From positions 10,496-74,495 of the forward strand of contig CALUZW010000003.1 of NCBI GenBank assembly GCA_944325415.1: DNA of 64,000 bases, written 5' to 3'. The translations under genes and the position numbers were made by a program. How positions within the stretch are numbered: the first letter of the stretch is position 1; the number at the start of each line of letters is the position of its first letter. Positions 32,465 through 42,961 of this stretch are shown here, in pieces. The DNA is from an uncultured Bacteroidales bacterium. GTDB lineage: Bacteria; Bacteroidota; Bacteroidia; Bacteroidales; UBA11471. A model generated the notes under the pieces. The model made no database searches. It saw nothing but the letters and a program-made list of their open reading frames with translations, and was not told where the DNA came from.

Positions 32465-33775
32465 TTATTTACTACCGAAAGCGCCGAAGAAGGCCGAAGG
32501 AGCGGGCGAGGTAAAAGTCGTCTGTGAATAGATTCCATTAAGGCCTTCAAAGGTCAGACCACCGGCAAAATGGCGGGTAAACGAGGTATTACCACCGGTA
32601 AGAGCCGGCGAACCAGCAGCCAGATGGAAGTCCCAGGCATCGTTCCACTCTTGGGGAGCGCCCTCTTCATTACCACCCACGTTGATATTAATATTGCTCT
32701 GGCGGGTAAAATTTACAAAGAGAGGATCTTTATCACCGGGCGTAGCGCTCATGATGTCGTTGGCTCCGTTGAGGATACCTTCGCTCTCGTCGGGCTGCAT
32801 CTGAGCCACACCGTCGGCAGTCGAAGCAAAATAGTAGTTGGGGGTAATCACACACTTCTCGTCTTCAAAAGCCTCGGTATCGTGTTTCAGCCCCCAGCGG
32901 CAGTCGTAAATCATGTTGTTGTACATCTCGGCATAGATACCCTCTTCGAGCCATATCGAACCACCTTTTTTCTTGGGACGACGCCAGCCGCTGTTCACAA
33001 TCGTATTGTTGTAGCAATAGAGATGCGACTGTACGTTGGTAAATCCCGAGTTGGAGAGTTTGAATCCGTTGGTATTGGCATCGTAGATGAGGTTATAGGC
33101 AATATCGGCCTTGCACTCCGACTTGTAGTTGATGGCTTCGCCTCCCTCTTCGCCGTTGCAGATGAAATAGTTGTTGGAAACAATCGACTCACCGCCGGTG
33201 ATGTAAATCTGGTCTTCGGCGTTGTTGCGGAACACACAGTTCTGAATCAACATCTTACCATCGGGGTTGCAGAAGTGTACAGCCGGTACACCCTCGCCGG
33301 TCTCTGTCTTGAAGAGCTGATTGCGGAACGAGAGAGAATTTTCGGTCGTCAGTGCGCCTCCATACTCGATAACGGTGTGGAGCAGCACCAGCTCGGGACA
33401 ATCATATCCGCAGATAATACCACCCCAGTTGCGGGAGAAGCGATTACCCTTCGACGAGGCCTCCACGGTGAAGGTAACAGGATTCTCTTCGGTACCAAGG
33501 CAGTACATGCTGCCGAGAACCACGATTTCGGGTTTCACTTCGGTATTGGCAGCTATCACGGTGGCACCCTCTTCGACAACGAGCACCTGGCCTTCGTCTA
33601 CAAGGAAGTGGTCGGTAAGCGTTACCGTAGTGTCTTTGGGCCAAACGATAACATTGCCGGGCAGGCTATTGGAACCGGAATCAATACCGTCGTTGCTCTT
33701 CTCCTCCTCGGAGCAGGCCGTTGTCAGAATAGTAGTTGCGGCAAAAAACATTGCCAAAGTTCTTGTCAGTTTCAT
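32465..33775 (-). CDS. Surface lipoprotein with probable right-handed parallel beta-helix
   Basis: Lipobox LTTAC plus an acidic export signal (SEEEK); ENPVTFT...WGGI, repeated xNNxI/F strands and DFHLAAGSPA. Confidence 0.7.
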   Translation of the reverse strand: MKLTRTLAMFFAATTILTTACSEEEKSNDGIDSGSNSLPGNVIVWPKDTTVTLTDHFLVDEGQVLVVEEGATVIAANTEVKPEIVVLGSMYCLGTEENPVTFTVEASSKGNRFSRNWGGIICGYDCPELVLLHTVIEYGGALTTENSLSFRNQLFKTETGEGVPAVHFCNPDGKMLIQNCVFRNNAEDQIYITGGESIVSNNYFICNGEEGGEAINYKSECKADIAYNLIYDANTNGFKLSNSGFTNVQSHLYCYNNTIVNSGWRRPKKKGGSIWLEEGIYAEMYNNMIYDCRWGLKHDTEAFEDEKCVITPNYYFASTADGVAQMQPDESEGILNGANDIMSATPGDKDPLFVNFTRQSNININVGGNEEGAPQEWNDAWDFHLAAGSPALTGGNTSFTRHFAGGLTFEGLNGIYSQTTFTSPAPSAFFGAFGSK

Positions 33776-33823
33776 GTCTGTTAAAAAATTGATTGGAAAA
33801 ATGTTCTATTTTGAAAAAGTATA

Positions 33824-36556
33824 TCACAGTTTATAGCGTACTCCCACCATAAATCCTATGCCGGAATAGTTGTCGCGTATGAGGGTGCGGTCTTGGCTCT
33901 GCGACGGGAAGTCGTAGTTATAGGCGTTGGTGGTCTTGATGTAGCGTTTGTAATGGGTGTTGAGCAGATTGGTAGCCTTGGCATAGAGCGAGAAGTTGCC
34001 CAGTTTTTTCTCGACCGAGGCGTCGAGCGAGAAAACGGGACTGTCCCAGTAGTCGGCCTCGTAATAGTGCGACACGACGGCCATCTTCTCACCGGTGTAG
34101 GAGAATGAGAGTTGGGCGTCCCACCCCTTCTCGGTATTCTTATAAAGGAGCGAGAGGTTGGCCACATGCGGAGCCTGGCCTACGAGCGGGCGGGTCTGGT
34201 CGACCGAGAGGCGTTGGAGCGAACCGCTCTCGCGGGAATAAAGCGTCTTGGGGGTGGTAATCTGCGAATGGGTGTAGGTGTAGTTGGCCTTTATGCCGAT
34301 GTAGCGGAAATATTTGATGACATCGACCTCGACCCCCACGTTACGGGCGTTACCCAGGTTGGCCGGTCCGTAGCCGAACTGACGGTTGTTGACCGAGTAA
34401 TAGGCATATTCGATGGGGTCCTGTATGTTCTTGTAGAAGAGGCCCACCATCACCTGGTCGGTTACCGAGGGGAACCACTCCCAGCGCAGGTCGACATTGT
34501 CGATGCGGGCCCGTTTCAAATCCTTGTTTCCGAACTCGGTGTAGTCTTCGTTGATAATCGAATAGGGAACGACTTCGAAGAAACCGGGGCGGTTCACCGA
34601 ACGGAAGTATGAGAGGCGCAGGTTCATCGCCTCAATGGGCGAATATTTGAGATGAAGCGACGGCAGGAAGTCCCAATACACCTGACCGCCGTCGGGGTCG
34701 TCCTTGTAGTTGGGATAATACATGTGGTAGCCTTGGTCGGTGTGCTCGGCACGTACGCCGGCTATGACATTCCACACCTCGTTGCCGAGACGATACATGA
34801 GATAGGCTGCACCGATGCGTTCGTGGGCATCGTAATCGAGCGGACCTACACTACCTTGCGAAGCCTGCAACTTCCACTCGATGTCGGTAACCGAGCCGAA
34901 GTCTTCGCCCTGATACTGCTGACCATCGGGGGTAAAGAGGTACGACACATAGTCGTTGGTGCGGCGTTTGTCGCGATAGAGACCGCCCCACTTCAACGAC
35001 ATCGGGGCAAAGGCCTCGTCGTAGGCCCACTCAAAGTTGGCCGCAGCCGAGAGGTCGCGGTCGCTGTTGCTCTCCCAGCGGCGCTCCATGTGGTCGGCAC
35101 GTACCTTGTCGACATAGTTGTTGCGGTCGTTTTCGAGTACGACATAGGTGCGGTCGGGCGCATCGTTGGTGGCATTGGCCCACACGAGCGACCAGTCGGC
35201 CTCGACACCACGGCCCAGCCGGTGGTCGCCTTGCAGGGTAAACGAGATGATGTTCTGGCGTTCAAATATCGAACGGGTCTCCCACTCTTCGAGCGAATTG
35301 CCCTCTTCGGGAGCATAATTGAGCGAGAGGTCGGTAATCTTGCTGTCGCGCACTCCCATAGAATTGTTGCCCACATACACGCCATAGAGCGAGAAGGTAT
35401 TGTACTTGTTGAGGCGGAAATCACTTTTCATGTGCAGGGCATACTGCATCTTCATCTCGGAATAGAAGCGCTCACGCATCGACGAGAGGCGCACCGTCGA
35501 CTCGCTTTGCGGCATATTGTCTTCAAAAAAGAGCGACTCGGTGCCCCGGTTGAAATTCTGGAAACTACCCGAAAGCACAATGCCCAGACGGTCGTCGAAA
35601 TAACGGTCGCCCCATGAGAGGCCCAACGTCACATCGGGCAGTGCCGCCCGCTGTTTGTAACTCATCGTTCCCTGCTTGAAGTCGGCCGGCGTAGCGTGAT
35701 ACTCCTTGCCGAAGGCTTCGCGCGGCGAGGTCATCATCACGCCGCTGCGGTCGAAGGTCATAAACTGATTGTTGAAAAACAGCGAATTGTAACCCACCGA
35801 GGCATTAATATTGAACAGGCGCGACGAAGGAGCCTCTTTCATGATGAGGTTTACCACGCCGCCGGTAGCATCGCCCTCCATGTCGGGCGTCAACGACTTG
35901 GTCACTTCGAGGCGGTCGAGCATCTCGCTAGGGAAAATATCGAGGGCAATGTAACGGTCTTTGTTCTCGGGGCTGGGTATCTTCACACCATTGACCAAGG
36001 TATAGTTGTAGCGCTTGTCCATACCACGCAACACGGCATACTGACCCTCGCCCGAACTCTCCCGCTCCATCGTTACACCCGAGATACGCTGTAACACGTT
36101 GGCCACGGTAATGTCGGGCGATATTTCAATACTGCGGGCACTCATCACGTTCATCACCGTAGGTGCGCTCCGCTCGATGTAACGGGCACCCATATCGGTA
36201 GCCCGGTCATATCGGGCCTCGACCTTTACCTCGTGGAGGTCATGGCTCTGCGGTTCGAGTTCGATTCTCAGAGTTTCTGTCTCGGAAGAAATTTCATATA
36301 CCCCTTCGTTATATCCCAAATACCGGGCCACAAGGGTCATTTTCATGTTCTGGGGAAGGTCTTTCAACTGAAAGGTACCGTCGAGACCGGCGGCTGTGCC
36401 CACCGAGGGTCTCTCTTTCACGACGACCGTCGCACCGATAAGCACGTCGCCCGTACGCTTGTCTATCACAACTCCGTTCAGCGTATAAGCCGAAGCCGTG
36501 TGCGAAAGAATCACAAAAAGCACATGGATAAATAAGATAACTTTTGCCTTAAACAT
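33824..36556 (-). CDS. TonB-dependent transporter (non-SusC type)
   Basis: Carboxypeptidase-regulatory-like N-domain, plug LQRISGV...LRGM...LEVTKSLTPDMEGDATGGVVN, GNKDLK and C-terminal GVRYKL. Confidence 0.93.
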   Translation of the reverse strand: MFKAKVILFIHVLFVILSHTASAYTLNGVVIDKRTGDVLIGATVVVKERPSVGTAAGLDGTFQLKDLPQNMKMTLVARYLGYNEGVYEISSETETLRIELEPQSHDLHEVKVEARYDRATDMGARYIERSAPTVMNVMSARSIEISPDITVANVLQRISGVTMERESSGEGQYAVLRGMDKRYNYTLVNGVKIPSPENKDRYIALDIFPSEMLDRLEVTKSLTPDMEGDATGGVVNLIMKEAPSSRLFNINASVGYNSLFFNNQFMTFDRSGVMMTSPREAFGKEYHATPADFKQGTMSYKQRAALPDVTLGLSWGDRYFDDRLGIVLSGSFQNFNRGTESLFFEDNMPQSESTVRLSSMRERFYSEMKMQYALHMKSDFRLNKYNTFSLYGVYVGNNSMGVRDSKITDLSLNYAPEEGNSLEEWETRSIFERQNIISFTLQGDHRLGRGVEADWSLVWANATNDAPDRTYVVLENDRNNYVDKVRADHMERRWESNSDRDLSAAANFEWAYDEAFAPMSLKWGGLYRDKRRTNDYVSYLFTPDGQQYQGEDFGSVTDIEWKLQASQGSVGPLDYDAHERIGAAYLMYRLGNEVWNVIAGVRAEHTDQGYHMYYPNYKDDPDGGQVYWDFLPSLHLKYSPIEAMNLRLSYFRSVNRPGFFEVVPYSIINEDYTEFGNKDLKRARIDNVDLRWEWFPSVTDQVMVGLFYKNIQDPIEYAYYSVNNRQFGYGPANLGNARNVGVEVDVIKYFRYIGIKANYTYTHSQITTPKTLYSRESGSLQRLSVDQTRPLVGQAPHVANLSLLYKNTEKGWDAQLSFSYTGEKMAVVSHYYEADYWDSPVFSLDASVEKKLGNFSLYAKATNLLNTHYKRYIKTTNAYNYDFPSQSQDRTLIRDNYSGIGFMVGVRYKL

Positions 36557-36588
36557 ACTGTCGTTTTCGTATAATTATTTTGACAGCG

Positions 36589-36668
36589 CAAAAGTACCGG
36601 GCTCTTATTACAATAGAATAACAAGCCTGTTATAGAAGCGTAACAATTGTGTTAAGAAACCGTTACAA
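36589..36668 (-). promoter_or_regulatory. Promoter with six tandem Pho-box-like heptamers (11-bp period)
   Basis: -7 box TACTTTTG (36589-36596). Minus-strand heptamers TTGTAAC, TCTTAAC, TTGTTAC, CTATAAC, TTGTTAT and TTGTAAT at plus coordinates 36662, 36651, 36640, 36629, 36618 and 36607. Confidence 0.7.
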
Positions 36669-36754
36669 AGATTTTCGGAAATCGCCCCGCACATTCGGGA
36701 CAACCATCTAAAAACCAATCACCTGCAAACGACGAAAGAAACAGCCGACATGTT

Positions 36755-37603
36755 TCAGAAGAGGCGCATCTGGCTGTAACACGGCACGGCATCGTCGACC
36801 GGGAAGAGGTACAGTTCGCTCGCCGTGTTGCGGGGCAGAGGGGCCAACAGCACATCACGCCCCACGACGATATCGCTTTGCATAAGACGTTCCTCTATCG
36901 TGCGGCAGGCCAGTTCGGGCGTATTGTTCTCGCGACTGAGATGGCACAAGAAAATGTGTGAGAGGCCGGAGTGGTAATGTGTGGCAAGAAACTCGGCCGT
37001 ATCGTTGTTGCACAGGTGTCCCGAACGGGAAACGATGCGTTTTTTCAAATAATAGGGATAGGGGCCCTGCTGCAACATCGCCATATCGTAGTTGGCTTCA
37101 AGTACCAGGCAGTGGGCCTGTTGCAGATAGTCGGCCACACGGTCGGGAATATATCCCAGGTCGGTGGCAAAGACAAAACAGCGGCCGCCGGCCTCGATGC
37201 GGTATCCCACATTGTCGGTACCGTCGTGGGGCACCTCAAAGGCAGTAATGGTAAAGTCGCGTATGGCAAAGGGGGTATCTTTGAGTATGGGCCGTCCCAC
37301 GGAATAGATTTTCTGCGTCATGGCATAGCAGCGGTTCATGCCGTTGAGAATGGACTGTGTCGTATAGACGGGAATACCGCACTTCTCTCCCACATAGCCA
37401 GCCCCGCGGATGTGGTCGGCATGGTCGTGGGTAATGCACACCGCCACAATCGATTCAAAGGCGATGCCGTTGGCCGCCAGCGACTTCTTGATTTGCCGGG
37501 CCGAGATGCCTGCATCAACAAGGATACCGTAGGTATCGGTACCCAGATAGTAACAGTTACCGCTGCTGCCGCTCGACAGACTCAAAAACCGTATCTGATT
37601 CAT
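36755..37603 (-). CDS. MBL-fold metallo-hydrolase (YycJ/WalJ-like)
   Basis: SGSSGN, VDAG, THDHADH, PHD, TDLG, LEANYD, GHLCN and HLSRENN. The start may instead be at 37738. Confidence 0.88.
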   Translation of the reverse strand: MNQIRFLSLSSGSSGNCYYLGTDTYGILVDAGISARQIKKSLAANGIAFESIVAVCITHDHADHIRGAGYVGEKCGIPVYTTQSILNGMNRCYAMTQKIYSVGRPILKDTPFAIRDFTITAFEVPHDGTDNVGYRIEAGGRCFVFATDLGYIPDRVADYLQQAHCLVLEANYDMAMLQQGPYPYYLKKRIVSRSGHLCNNDTAEFLATHYHSGLSHIFLCHLSRENNTPELACRTIEERLMQSDIVVGRDVLLAPLPRNTASELYLFPVDDAVPCYSQMRLF

Positions 37604-37741
37604 CGTTTCTTTCTCTCCAATAGATAATTCGTGTGTGTTCTTCTCCACAGGCCGCACGATACGAGCCCGGGAGAAACCGGCACCGGAAGAGGGCGCGGCA
37701 GAAGCCACAACGGCCGTCTCCGGTTCTGTGTCGGGCACCCG

Positions 37742-38452
37742 CTACTTATACAATAAGAATATACAGGGTGTTTTGGGCAACGAGGGCTTGTGCCTGGCCC
37801 ACTCGGCCAGCGTGAGGGTGCGTATCGACTCCTCGGCCGTGGTGATGCCCAAGGCTATGCACAGGCGCGTCTGCGGACGGCAGTAGCGCAAGCAGTCGTC
37901 GACCATCTTGTCGTTGCGGTAGGGTGTCTCGATAAAAATCTGCGTCTCGTTCTCGTTGTAGATGCGCTGTTCGAGACGTTTCATGGCCTTGGCCCGCTCG
38001 CCTCCGTCGATGGGCAGATACCCGTGAAAGGCAAAACTCTGCCCGTTGAACCCCGATGCCATGAGCGACAGCAGTATCGACGAGGGGCCCACCAGCGGCA
38101 CCACCTTGTAGCCCTTGCGCTGGGCCACGGCCACCACATCGGCACCGGGATCGGCTACGGCAGGACAGCCGGCTTCGGAAATCACCCCCACGGGCAGCCC
38201 TTCGGCCAGCGGGGCCAGGAATCCGGCCACGGCTTCGGGCGGTGTGTGGCGGTCGAGCGTGTAAAAGGTGATGGCGTCGATGTCGGTCGACGGGTCGCAC
38301 CGTTTGAGGAACCGACGGGCCGAACGCACGTTTTCCACGATGAAGTGATGGATTCCCGACGTTATGTCGCGATTGTAGGGGGGCAACACCCGGTCGTGCG
38401 GCGTGTCGCCCAACGTAACGGGTATGAGGTACAGGGCTGCTTCGAGCATCAT
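37742..38452 (-). CDS. RsmI-like tetrapyrrole/SAM-dependent methyltransferase
   Basis: LYLIPVTLG, SEAGCPAVADPG, VGPSS, ASGFNGQSFAFHGYLP and FIETPYRN; start at MMLEAA. Confidence 0.87.
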   Translation of the reverse strand: MMLEAALYLIPVTLGDTPHDRVLPPYNRDITSGIHHFIVENVRSARRFLKRCDPSTDIDAITFYTLDRHTPPEAVAGFLAPLAEGLPVGVISEAGCPAVADPGADVVAVAQRKGYKVVPLVGPSSILLSLMASGFNGQSFAFHGYLPIDGGERAKAMKRLEQRIYNENETQIFIETPYRNDKMVDDCLRYCRPQTRLCIALGITTAEESIRTLTLAEWARHKPSLPKTPCIFLLYK

Positions 38453-38591
38453 ATTCTGGGTTTTCAGGGGAGAAATCGTATCATGTCCGGCGGGCTTTAC
38501 CATCGTCTTGGAGCGAATCGCCGACTTCGCCACCGATTTATCGGCAAAAATAGTTAATTTTGCCCGAAAACAGAACCGCATCGACTGAGAA

Positions 38592-40001
38592 ATGGAACTA
38601 CCTGCCGAGTTTTCCGCCCGCATGCACCGACTGCTGGGCGATGAATATGCCGCCTTCGAAGCGGCCCTCACGACCGAGCCGCAGACAAGCATACGCCTCA
38701 ATCCCGCCAAATGCGACCGACAGCCCGACTACCGACCGGTGCCGTGGTGCCGCCATGCCTATTACCTCGACACACGGCCGGCCTTCACGTTCGACCCCCG
38801 GCTGCACGGAGGCGTGTACTATGTACAGGAGGCCTCGTCGATGTTTCTCGACTACCTCCTGCGCCGGTACGTTAACCGTCCGGTACGCTATCTCGACCTG
38901 TGCGCCGCACCCGGCGGAAAAAGCACACTCGCCCTCTCGGCCCTCCCGGCAGGCAGCCTGGCCGTGTGCAACGAAGTGGTGCGCAACCGGGCCCATATCC
39001 TGGCCGAGAACATCGCCAAATGGGGCTTCGGCAACACCGTGGTAACCCGCAATTCGGCAGCCGACTTCGGCGCTCTGCACCACTACTTCGACGTGATACT
39101 GGTCGACACTCCCTGCTCGGGCGAAGGCATGTTCCGTAAAGATGCGCAGGCCATCGACGAATGGTCGCCCGCCCAGGTGGGTCTGTGTGCCGACCGCCAG
39201 CGCGAAATCCTCACCGACATATGGGACGCCCTGCGCCCGGGCGGACTGCTCATATACAGCACCTGCACCTACAACCGCGAGGAGAACGAAGAGATGGTTC
39301 ATTTCCTGATGAAGCATTTCGGAGCCACCCCGCTCGATGCCGCACCTCCCGAGGAGTGGCACATACACCCTTCGCTCGATGCCGACCTGCCTGCCTACCG
39401 CTTCATGCCCCACTACACCCGGGGCGAAGGCCTTTTCATGGCCGCACTACGCAAATCGGGCGATGAAGACGACTGCGAACGCGACAGCTGGCTCCGGCGC
39501 TCGGCCCGCCGCCAGGAGAAGAAAAAAACGGGTCGCCCTGCCGCCAAAGACGACAACCACGCCCTACGGTCGTGGATACTCTCGCCCGACGACTACCTCT
39601 TCGACACCGCAGCCGACACCGTAACCGCCCTGCCTGCCGCCTATGCCGCCGACCACGCCCTCTTCGCAACACGCTTCGATGTCGTACACCGCGGCATACC
39701 GGTCGCCACCCCCAAGGGTCGCGAATGGCTGCCCCACCCGTCACTCGCACTGTCGACCCATCTCAACAGAGAGGCATTCGACACCCTGTCGCTCACTCAG
39801 GCCGAAGCCATCGTCTACCTGCGGCGAGAGAGCCCGGCCATAATGCCCGACAGCCGGCGCGGCATACGCCTCGTTGCCTGCGACAACGTGCCTCTGGGCT
39901 GGTGCAACCACCTCGGCAACCGCATCAACAACCTCTATCCGCCTGAGTGGCGCATACGCAGCGGCTACCTACCCGACAACCCCAACCTGCCCGTGTGGTA
40001 G
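38592..40001 (+). CDS. RsmF/RsmB (NOL1/NOP2/Sun) rRNA cytosine-C5 methyltransferase
   Basis: YVQEASSM, DLCAAPGGKS, DTPCSGEGMFRK and YSTCT...ENE. Confidence 0.93.
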   Translation: MELPAEFSARMHRLLGDEYAAFEAALTTEPQTSIRLNPAKCDRQPDYRPVPWCRHAYYLDTRPAFTFDPRLHGGVYYVQEASSMFLDYLLRRYVNRPVRYLDLCAAPGGKSTLALSALPAGSLAVCNEVVRNRAHILAENIAKWGFGNTVVTRNSAADFGALHHYFDVILVDTPCSGEGMFRKDAQAIDEWSPAQVGLCADRQREILTDIWDALRPGGLLIYSTCTYNREENEEMVHFLMKHFGATPLDAAPPEEWHIHPSLDADLPAYRFMPHYTRGEGLFMAALRKSGDEDDCERDSWLRRSARRQEKKKTGRPAAKDDNHALRSWILSPDDYLFDTAADTVTALPAAYAADHALFATRFDVVHRGIPVATPKGREWLPHPSLALSTHLNREAFDTLSLTQAEAIVYLRRESPAIMPDSRRGIRLVACDNVPLGWCNHLGNRINNLYPPEWRIRSGYLPDNPNLPVW

Positions 40002-40194
40002 GCCCCGGCATATATCCACCGAAAACAAGGCACAACCGGCCGCCCCTCCATGAAGAGCCACGCAAACGGCTCAAAAATTTAAGGAGACAAACGATTATTA
40101 TCTTAATTATTTGATTATATTTGCAAGAAGTCGGGAAGCATTTTTCCCGACCAAGAAACAAACACGCTTTTTCAAACCAATAAAAAACAGCATC

Positions 40195-40641
40195 ATGATT
40201 TTAAACTCCCTGAAAGACTCCGCCTCGATAGAGTCGCTGCACCCTCTTTTCAAAAAAGCATTTGACTACATCAAAGCCACCGACTTCTCCAATGTTCCCG
40301 CCGGGAAAATCGTTCTCGATGGCGACAACCTGTACATCTCGGTAGCCGAACCCACCGGCAAGACCAAAGAGACTGCCCGCATGGAAACTCACGACAAATA
40401 CATCGACATACAGATGCCGCTGACCGCCGTCGAGACAATGGGCTGGAAAGCCACCAACGAGCTGAAAGAGCCCACCGCTCCCTACAACCCCGAAAAAGAC
40501 ATCACCTTCTTTGCCGACAAACCCACGACCTACATCGAGGTACAACCGGGCGAATTCGCCATATTCTTCCCCGAAGACGGTCACGCTCCCGGCATTGCCG
40601 AAGGCAACTTCCGCAAAGTCATCGTAAAAGTAAAACTCTGA
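40195..40641 (+). CDS. YhcH/YjgK/YiaL family protein
   Basis: ETHDKYIDIQ and FAIFFPEDGHAP...KVIVKV. Confidence 0.92.
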   Translation: MILNSLKDSASIESLHPLFKKAFDYIKATDFSNVPAGKIVLDGDNLYISVAEPTGKTKETARMETHDKYIDIQMPLTAVETMGWKATNELKEPTAPYNPEKDITFFADKPTTYIEVQPGEFAIFFPEDGHAPGIAEGNFRKVIVKVKL

Positions 40642-40726
40642 TTCCTCACTTTACCGAGACGACACCGCGCAAAGCGGCGTCGCCTCTCCTTTTTTACTCT
40701 CACCCCCAACTTTAAATCCCACACAT

Positions 40727-42751
40727 ATGCTCAATCTGGTAAAAAACGACCCGTGGCTCGAACCCTTCTCTCCCACCATCGAACACCGGCACCAACTGGC
40801 CATGGCAAAAGAGAAGGAGCTTTGCGGCCCCAAGGGCTCACTCTCCGACTTTGCCGACGGATACCTCTACTTCGGCCTGCACCGTAACGAAAAGGGCGAA
40901 TGGGTTATTCGCGAATGGGCACCCCATGCCACCGGCATCTATCTCATAGGCGACTTCTCCGGCTGGAAAGAGTTGCCGACCTACCGCTTCAAGCCTCTCT
41001 CCAACGGCGTGTGGGAGATAAAACTCAAACCCACCCAACTCAACCACCTCGACCTCTACAAACTGTCGATGCACTGGAACGGCGGGCAGGGCGAACGTGT
41101 ACCGGCCTGGGCCACCCGCGTCGTTCAGGACGAGACCACCAAAATCTTCTCGGCCCAGGTATGGGCCCCGGAGAAGCCTTACAAATTCAAAAAACGCAGC
41201 TTCAAGCCCGACACCTCCCCGTTACTCATCTACGAGTGCCACATAGGCATGGCGCAGGAAGACGAGCGCATCGGCTCCTACGACGAGTTCAGAGAGAACG
41301 TGCTGCCACGCATCATCGCCGACGGATACAACGCCATACAGATAATGGCCATACAGGAACACCCCTATTACGGCTCCTTCGGCTACCATGTGTCGAGCTT
41401 CTTCGCCCCCTCATCACGGTTCGGCACCCCCGACGAGCTGAAACACCTTATCGACGAAGCCCATCACAACGGCATTGCCGTCATCATGGACATCGTACAC
41501 TCCCACGCGGTGAAAAACGAAATCGAAGGGCTGGGCCGTTTCGACGGAAGCCCCGACCAGTTCTTCTACGGCGACAACCGGCGCGAACACCCCGCGTGGG
41601 ACTCGCTCTGCTTCGATTACGGCAAAAACGAAGTGATACACTTCCTGCTCTCCAACTGCAAGTACTGGCTCGAAGAGTTTCACTTCGACGGCTTCCGCTT
41701 CGACGGCGTAACCTCCATGCTCTACTACGACCACGGACTGGGCAAGGCCTTCTGCGGTTACGGCGACTATTACGACGGCGGACAGGACGAAAACGCCATT
41801 ACCTACCTCACACTGGCCAACCGGCTCATACACGAAGTCAATCCCCATGCCATCACCATTGCCGAAGAGATGAGCGGAATGCCCGGCCTTGCCGCCCGCA
41901 TCGAAGACGGCGGCATCGGCTTTGACTACCGCATGGCCATGGGAATTCCCGATTTCTGGATAAAAACCATCAAGGAGAAGAAAGACGAAGAGTGGCACCC
42001 GACAGGCATCTTTTGGGAACTCACCAACCGCCGCTCCGACGAAAAGACCATAAACTACGCCGAAAGCCACGACCAGGCCCTCGTCGGCGACAAGACCATC
42101 ATCTTCCGCCTCATCGACGCCGAGATGTACTGGCACATGATGAAAGACGACACCGCCAGCATGGCCGTAGACCGCGGAATGGCCCTGCACAAGATGATAC
42201 GGCTGGTTACACTCTCGACCCTCAACGGCGGCTATCTCAACTTCATGGGCAACGAATTTGGCCACCCCGAGTGGATCGATTTCCCCCGCGAAGGCAACGG
42301 CTGGTCCTACAAATATGCCCGCCGGCAATGGAGCCTTGTCGACCGCAAAGACCTGAAATACGGCTATCTCGGAGCTTTCGACAAAGCCATGATAAGCCTT
42401 GTGAAGAGTGTGCGGCACTTTGAGAAAACCCCCATCGTGAAACTGTGGGACAGCGGTGAAGACCAAATCCTGGCCTTTATGCGCAAAGACCTCATCTTCA
42501 TATTCAATTTCAGTCCCACGCACTCCTACGAAGGATACGGCATACTCGCCCCCAAAGGGTGCTACAAGTGCATACTCGACAGCGACCAGCCGCAATTTGG
42601 AGGCTATGCCCGCATCAATCAAGATGTCGAGCATGTTACCCAGCCCGACCCTCTCTACAAAAAAGAGAAAAAAGAGTGGCTGCTCCTCTACCTGCCTGCC
42701 CGCACAGCCATGGTACTGCAACTACAAAAGCCCGGCAAAAGCCCGAAATAA
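40727..42751 (+). CDS. glgB: 1,4-alpha-glucan branching enzyme (GH13_8)
   Basis: REWAP, IYECHIGM, DIVHSH, FRFDGVTSM, IAEEMSG, YAESHDQ and FMGNEFGHPEW. Confidence 0.95.
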   Translation: MLNLVKNDPWLEPFSPTIEHRHQLAMAKEKELCGPKGSLSDFADGYLYFGLHRNEKGEWVIREWAPHATGIYLIGDFSGWKELPTYRFKPLSNGVWEIKLKPTQLNHLDLYKLSMHWNGGQGERVPAWATRVVQDETTKIFSAQVWAPEKPYKFKKRSFKPDTSPLLIYECHIGMAQEDERIGSYDEFRENVLPRIIADGYNAIQIMAIQEHPYYGSFGYHVSSFFAPSSRFGTPDELKHLIDEAHHNGIAVIMDIVHSHAVKNEIEGLGRFDGSPDQFFYGDNRREHPAWDSLCFDYGKNEVIHFLLSNCKYWLEEFHFDGFRFDGVTSMLYYDHGLGKAFCGYGDYYDGGQDENAITYLTLANRLIHEVNPHAITIAEEMSGMPGLAARIEDGGIGFDYRMAMGIPDFWIKTIKEKKDEEWHPTGIFWELTNRRSDEKTINYAESHDQALVGDKTIIFRLIDAEMYWHMMKDDTASMAVDRGMALHKMIRLVTLSTLNGGYLNFMGNEFGHPEWIDFPREGNGWSYKYARRQWSLVDRKDLKYGYLGAFDKAMISLVKSVRHFEKTPIVKLWDSGEDQILAFMRKDLIFIFNFSPTHSYEGYGILAPKGCYKCILDSDQPQFGGYARINQDVEHVTQPDPLYKKEKKEWLLLYLPARTAMVLQLQKPGKSPK

Positions 42752-42761
42752 CAAATAAATA

Positions 42762-42810
42762 TCGTGTACGGACACGAATTCATAAAAATAACGGTCGTGT
42801 CCGCACACGA
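42762..42810. repeat. Two copies of the palindrome TCGTGT-N4-ACACGA, also inverted relative to each other
   Basis: TCGTGTACGGACACGA (42762-42777) and TCGTGTCCGCACACGA (42795-42810); a degenerate third copy lies at 43115-43130. Confidence 0.7.
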
Positions 42811-42961
42811 TTTTAAAAATATATTTCATACCATAAATTAAATTAAACATCTATTCATCAACCAAATACAGGTTTATAAGTGTATTTACAACACCTATAA
42901 TGTGTTATAAAACATACAACGATTGCTTGACCATATAAAAAAAAAGGCGCACCTTTGCCCC

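Noticed and set aside
36607-36668. Periodic repeats considered as a CRISPR array or iteron set
   Set aside because: Units are degenerate 7-mers with an 11-bp period and no spacers, with no cas or rep gene nearby; this fits transcription-factor boxes.
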